From positions 1 to 30,546 of the forward strand of contig JBBRUX010000046.1 of NCBI GenBank assembly GCA_038247415.1: 30,546 nucleotides of DNA. The letters are read 5' to 3'. The position numbers and the translations under genes were made by a program. This DNA is from Chitinivibrionales bacterium. Lineage in GTDB: Bacteria; Fibrobacterota; Chitinivibrionia; Chitinivibrionales; WJKA01. The notes under the pieces were generated by a model. The model was not told where the DNA came from. It made no database searches and saw nothing but the letters and a program-made list of their open reading frames with translations. Below are positions 26,976 through 30,546 of the stretch, piece by piece (positions within the stretch are counted from its first letter, which is position 1; each line of letters begins with the position of its first letter).

Positions 26976-28673
26976 ATGCGTCATATGATACAAAAATCTA
27001 CTGTTATAAGAAATAGTATGCTGTGTGTTGCACTCATGCTTGGGTGTTACCAGGTATATGGCGCTGGCACCGGAAAATTCTCCAAGAGTGCCGATACCTT
27101 ATTTACCTTGCAAGCATATGCGTTAACGCCCGATCAAGAGGCCAATTTCATGCTCAATAAAACAGGGCTTTTTATCGATAAAAAATCCTGTTTTTGGGAT
27201 GCGTGGAACAAACTTCCTACATTGTCAAAAGTTGTGCTTGACTCGGCAAGTTTTGCGTATGGAGTCGATCCTCTTGGTCCTCATGATTGTACCATAAGCA
27301 TGCGTTGTGCCTACGGAGCTGCGGGTGCCTATTTCCTCTTTCAAGTGATTGATGATAATTTCAGTATTACCGACGCTTCACAATGGTATCGGAATGATGT
27401 GGTAGAATTATACCTTGCCGATAAATCGGCCTCTACTCTGTATGCCAACCCGATAAGTTCCTTTGTAAAGCCATATTACCAACAAATTGGCCCTGGCATA
27501 GCTCAATTTCAAATTGGTTATGGAGGTAAGGATCCCGGGCTTATTAAAACATTCAATTATAATTATTTCAACGATTTTACAAATGCTTTTGTTCTCAATA
27601 ATAGTTACGCTTTTTCGGATGCAGAACAAAATTTAGGCATTCGGGTTGGGTTGGTAACCAATACCGGAAATCCGACTTTGCGGGAGCAGGAGTGGTTTAT
27701 TCCCTGGTCGGTATGGAGTGGTCCTACGCGTGGGGTGCCTCCACAGCACAAAGGGAATCGATTAGCTATGACTTTTGGCTACAACGACCTCGATGCTCCC
27801 GACACCTTACCGACAGCCATTCGGTGGCGTAACAATGCCGATCCTTTTATGGCGGATACCGATGTCGTGTCCCCAAGTGGAGATTCCATCAATTCGGTAG
27901 ATAGCTGGGGCGATATTCTCTTTGGAGATTTGCTTAACGATAAATTAATTGCTCAAGGACAAGGTATAGTCTCATGCGATTCGGTATCAAAGCCAGATTC
28001 AACGTTACGGGAAGCGATTTTTTTGCAAGATTTAATTATCAGGCCAATAAAAGATACTGCAAAGGTTATTCTTATTGGTGATGGGTTAGGGCCTAAAGAT
28101 ATTGGACAAGGTTGTTCTTTGTTTCCTCAGTATAGCAACCAACAAACCTATCTGCGAAACGACACCTTGTTTTTGTCGTATAATATATCGTACACGCTCT
28201 CATGCACAACCAATGTGTTGCCTAAAAAAACAAGTGCACGTGGTAGTGCGCTCGTGCCAAGTATCATTCCAAATCTTGCGTATACTGTGGTGGGCCTTCG
28301 TGATGGGAACTATCAGGTTCGTTTACTCGGTGGAATTACCGATCCGCTTAATCTGGAAGTATTACATAATCCACAATCGGGATTTATTCTGGGAAGCATT
28401 AACGTGATAAATGCGCAAAACGTCAATCATTTCGATGCGCGGGGTGTACGATCGCTTAAAAATATACTGCATAAGGATATGCAGGGCTTAGTATATGCGG
28501 CTTTACCAGGGGCGCACCTACGGATATTTAATTCTAAGGGACAATGTGTTGCGCAAGTAGTTAGTGGCTCAGATGGATATGCGCGTATTTCTACCAAGGA
28601 GTTTTCCAAAGGTTTTTATCAGGCATGTAGTGAGGTGAAAGGAGAAATTGGAACATCTTTTTTAGTTCAGTAA
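26976..28673 (+). CDS. Secreted protein with CBM9/DOMON-like sugar-binding domain and T9SS/Fibro-type C-terminal tail
   Basis: Signal peptide; YFLFQVIDD, NDVVELYL, EWFIPW, FGYNDLD; tail LRIFNSKGQCV..SKGFY; AAGGA 8 nt before ATG 26976. Confidence 0.65.
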   Translation: MRHMIQKSTVIRNSMLCVALMLGCYQVYGAGTGKFSKSADTLFTLQAYALTPDQEANFMLNKTGLFIDKKSCFWDAWNKLPTLSKVVLDSASFAYGVDPLGPHDCTISMRCAYGAAGAYFLFQVIDDNFSITDASQWYRNDVVELYLADKSASTLYANPISSFVKPYYQQIGPGIAQFQIGYGGKDPGLIKTFNYNYFNDFTNAFVLNNSYAFSDAEQNLGIRVGLVTNTGNPTLREQEWFIPWSVWSGPTRGVPPQHKGNRLAMTFGYNDLDAPDTLPTAIRWRNNADPFMADTDVVSPSGDSINSVDSWGDILFGDLLNDKLIAQGQGIVSCDSVSKPDSTLREAIFLQDLIIRPIKDTAKVILIGDGLGPKDIGQGCSLFPQYSNQQTYLRNDTLFLSYNISYTLSCTTNVLPKKTSARGSALVPSIIPNLAYTVVGLRDGNYQVRLLGGITDPLNLEVLHNPQSGFILGSINVINAQNVNHFDARGVRSLKNILHKDMQGLVYAALPGAHLRIFNSKGQCVAQVVSGSDGYARISTKEFSKGFYQACSEVKGEIGTSFLVQ

Positions 28674-28845
28674 ACTTCGAGCAATTTCAATAAGGCGTTG
28701 TTCGATTGAGCTAGTTATTTAATTTATAAAATTAGCAGCGCTGCTGTTGTCAGAAATACGGCGATGTTCTATTTTAAGATACAGTCTCGATTAATTCAAG
28801 ATATTATAGGGTATCATATTCATTTTTAATCCAGAGGAGGTTGGT

Positions 28846-30030
28846 ATGAAAAGAATTCTTGCCGCAATGGCGCTGGCGGGGCTTGTGGGATCGGTGTGTG
28901 TAACGGCTCGAGATGCTAGTCAGTACCTACGCACAGTAGACCCAACAAAAACTATATCGTCGTATATGTTGAGCCCTGGAGAAGATTCCTGTTTTCGTAT
29001 CGGCGATGGTGTTGCCTCAAAATTTTGGGATGCTTGGGATTTAAATACCGATTTAAACAAGGCCACGCTTGATGCTTCTTCTCTCTCTCGCGGTCCTCGT
29101 CTTACCAGTGCCGCAGATGCTGGTCTTACTATTCAGAGCGTTTATTCTACCGATGGAGTTTATTTCCTGTTTACTGTAGCAGATGATGATTGGGTAACCA
29201 ACGTTGGTGGACTCGATTACGAGAACGATGCCGTTGAACTTTACTTATCAGATATGTCTGCTACGCAGATGTATGCTAATATTAATGCTGCCTTTCTTTT
29301 GCCAAACTATCAGCAAATGGGCGAAGGAACAAGCCAGATGCAGATTCGTTTTGGTGGTGCTGAGCCAACATCGGTAACGGCATTTAATTTTAATAAATAC
29401 GATGATTTATTAATGCAATTTGCGCTTAATAATAAGGTCACTTTTACAGACGCGCTCACTAATTACAAAATTCAAGTTGAGCTTATTAAAAAACCCGATC
29501 CAGGTACACGTCAACAAGAGTGGTTCATTCCCTGGACATGCTTTGGTGGTGATGTTGGAAGTCGTTCGAGCTATCGTGTTGCCCAAGGTGGTAATAGCAC
29601 AACAACTTTGGGTTTGTGCTTTGGGTATAACGATGTTGATGGTGCCGATTCTACATCTGCACTTCGCTGGAGAAATCAGGCAGATCCGTTTACAGTGGAT
29701 GCAGAAGGTGCTCCTAGTGATATAGCTACAACAGTTGATACCTGGGGAGATATTTCTTTCCTAGAAAAAGGTTCGTCGCTCGATGCAGTATGTGCTGCAA
29801 AAGGGATTAACATAAGCCTTTTAAGCGATTGCGTTAACTCGGTCAAGTTCTTTCCTGGTCGATCAGTGTTCATGGGTTCTAAAGTTGTTGGTACCAGCTA
29901 TTACACACTCTCTGGCCAAAAGCTAGCAGTGGTTAATAACCAGGTTATGGCTGCTAAGAACACCATTATCCTCGAACGTGCAGTTCTTGCAAATGGTTCT
30001 ATTGCATCGCGTAAGATTACTGCTCGATAA
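28846..30030 (+). CDS. Secreted CBM9/DOMON-like protein, paralog of the preceding gene
   Basis: GAGGAGG RBS; signal peptide; FWDAW, YFLFTVADDD, NDAVELYL, QQEWFIPW, FGYNDVD, RWRNQADPF, VDTWGDI; tail YYTLSGQKL. Confidence 0.7.
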   Translation: MKRILAAMALAGLVGSVCVTARDASQYLRTVDPTKTISSYMLSPGEDSCFRIGDGVASKFWDAWDLNTDLNKATLDASSLSRGPRLTSAADAGLTIQSVYSTDGVYFLFTVADDDWVTNVGGLDYENDAVELYLSDMSATQMYANINAAFLLPNYQQMGEGTSQMQIRFGGAEPTSVTAFNFNKYDDLLMQFALNNKVTFTDALTNYKIQVELIKKPDPGTRQQEWFIPWTCFGGDVGSRSSYRVAQGGNSTTTLGLCFGYNDVDGADSTSALRWRNQADPFTVDAEGAPSDIATTVDTWGDISFLEKGSSLDAVCAAKGINISLLSDCVNSVKFFPGRSVFMGSKVVGTSYYTLSGQKLAVVNNQVMAAKNTIILERAVLANGSIASRKITAR

Positions 30031-30060
30031 TTTTTTATAACGCAGAGAGCAGCATGCTTT

Positions 30061-30098
30061 AAAAGGAGCTGGAATTTAATTTCTAGCTCCTTTTTTTT
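30061..30098 (+). terminator. Rho-independent terminator
   Basis: Stem GGAGCTGGAA/TTCTAGCTCC (30065-30090, one G-U pair), 6-nt loop, T8 tail and upstream A4. Confidence 0.88.
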
Positions 30099-30190
30099 AT
30101 GCCCTTCGATGTGTTAAAAGCTATTTTAAAAGATTGCAGTTTATGCATGCTTAAAAACAGCTTAACTTTTTGCTCTGTAAAGGAAATGCC

Positions 30191-30546
30191 ATGGGATACC
30201 TTCTTGGATTGGATATCGGAAGCTCTTCGGTTAAAGCTTCTCTTTTAGATATCCAGAGTGGTGCAATTGTAGGGTCGGCAACATCGCCGCAAACAGAATT
30301 GCCTATTCTCTCTCCACAGCCCGGATTCGCCGAACAGCATCCCGATACCTGGTGGACCCATGTTGTTGCAGCAGTTAAAAGTATTGCTGCCATATCGGGA
30401 AAAAACCTTGGGGATGTTGCCGCTATTGGTATTTCGTATCAGATGCATGGCTTGGTTCTTGTTAACGAACAAGGAGCCCCTCTTCGCAATGCAATCATAT
30501 GGTGCGATAGTAGAGCCGTTGAAATTGGTGCCGACGCCTTTAAAGG
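30191..30546 (+). CDS. xylB: Xylulokinase / FGGY carbohydrate kinase (5' part, runs off window)
   Basis: Own translation MGYLLGLDIGSSSVKASL..FAEQHPDTWW..IGISYQMHGLVLV..AIIWCDSRAV; AAGGA upstream; absent from the ORF track because it has no stop in the window. Confidence 0.88.
   Translation, partial: MGYLLGLDIGSSSVKASLLDIQSGAIVGSATSPQTELPILSPQPGFAEQHPDTWWTHVVAAVKSIAAISGKNLGDVAAIGISYQMHGLVLVNEQGAPLRNAIIWCDSRAVEIGADAFK

Noticed and set aside
28734..28745. 12-bp palindrome AGCAGCGCTGCT between the CBM9-like genes
   Set aside because: Single occurrence with no loop or U-tract; it cannot be distinguished from chance.
30151..30472. Two short minus-strand ORFs
   Set aside because: Antisense to the partial xylB gene.

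Overview
A gene-dense bacterial chromosomal segment, most likely from Fibrobacterota (Chitinivibrionia/Chitinispirillia-like). This is inferred from a TIGR02147 gene, a PorV-like barrel and T9SS/Fibro-type C-terminal tails. The housekeeping and envelope backbone comprises thiG-thiH, an M20 amidohydrolase, an nfeD-nfeD-floA-yqfB-like operon, dedA, pcm, GT2, a DUF374 acyltransferase, a Ser/Thr kinase, a 991-aa PorV-like/TPR/dead-metallophosphoesterase/TolB fusion, GT9, DUF4404, a DenV-like glycosylase, nadD, bamD, an FHA-GAF adenylate cyclase, dtd, TIGR02147 plus a lipoprotein, two paralogous CBM9-like secreted proteins and a partial xylB. The most interesting signals are accessory or non-coding. 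(1) A GxxExxY PD-(D/E)XK nuclease gene is bracketed by ~41-bp internally periodic direct repeats that supply its stop codon and putative ribosome-binding site; a related gene-less inverted-repeat element lies 10 kb away. (2) An AT-rich, decaying TdeIII-like restriction-modification pair is bounded by integron-cassette-like inverted core sites. (3) A ~150-nt multi-stem Flavo-1-like structured element. (4) Two CTGAGCGGAG REP-like motifs overlap stop codons of DNA-enzyme genes. (5) An internally deleted type I HsdR remnant. No tRNA, rRNA, CRISPR array, integrase or transposase was seen. All family assignments come from motif recognition by eye, not database searches.
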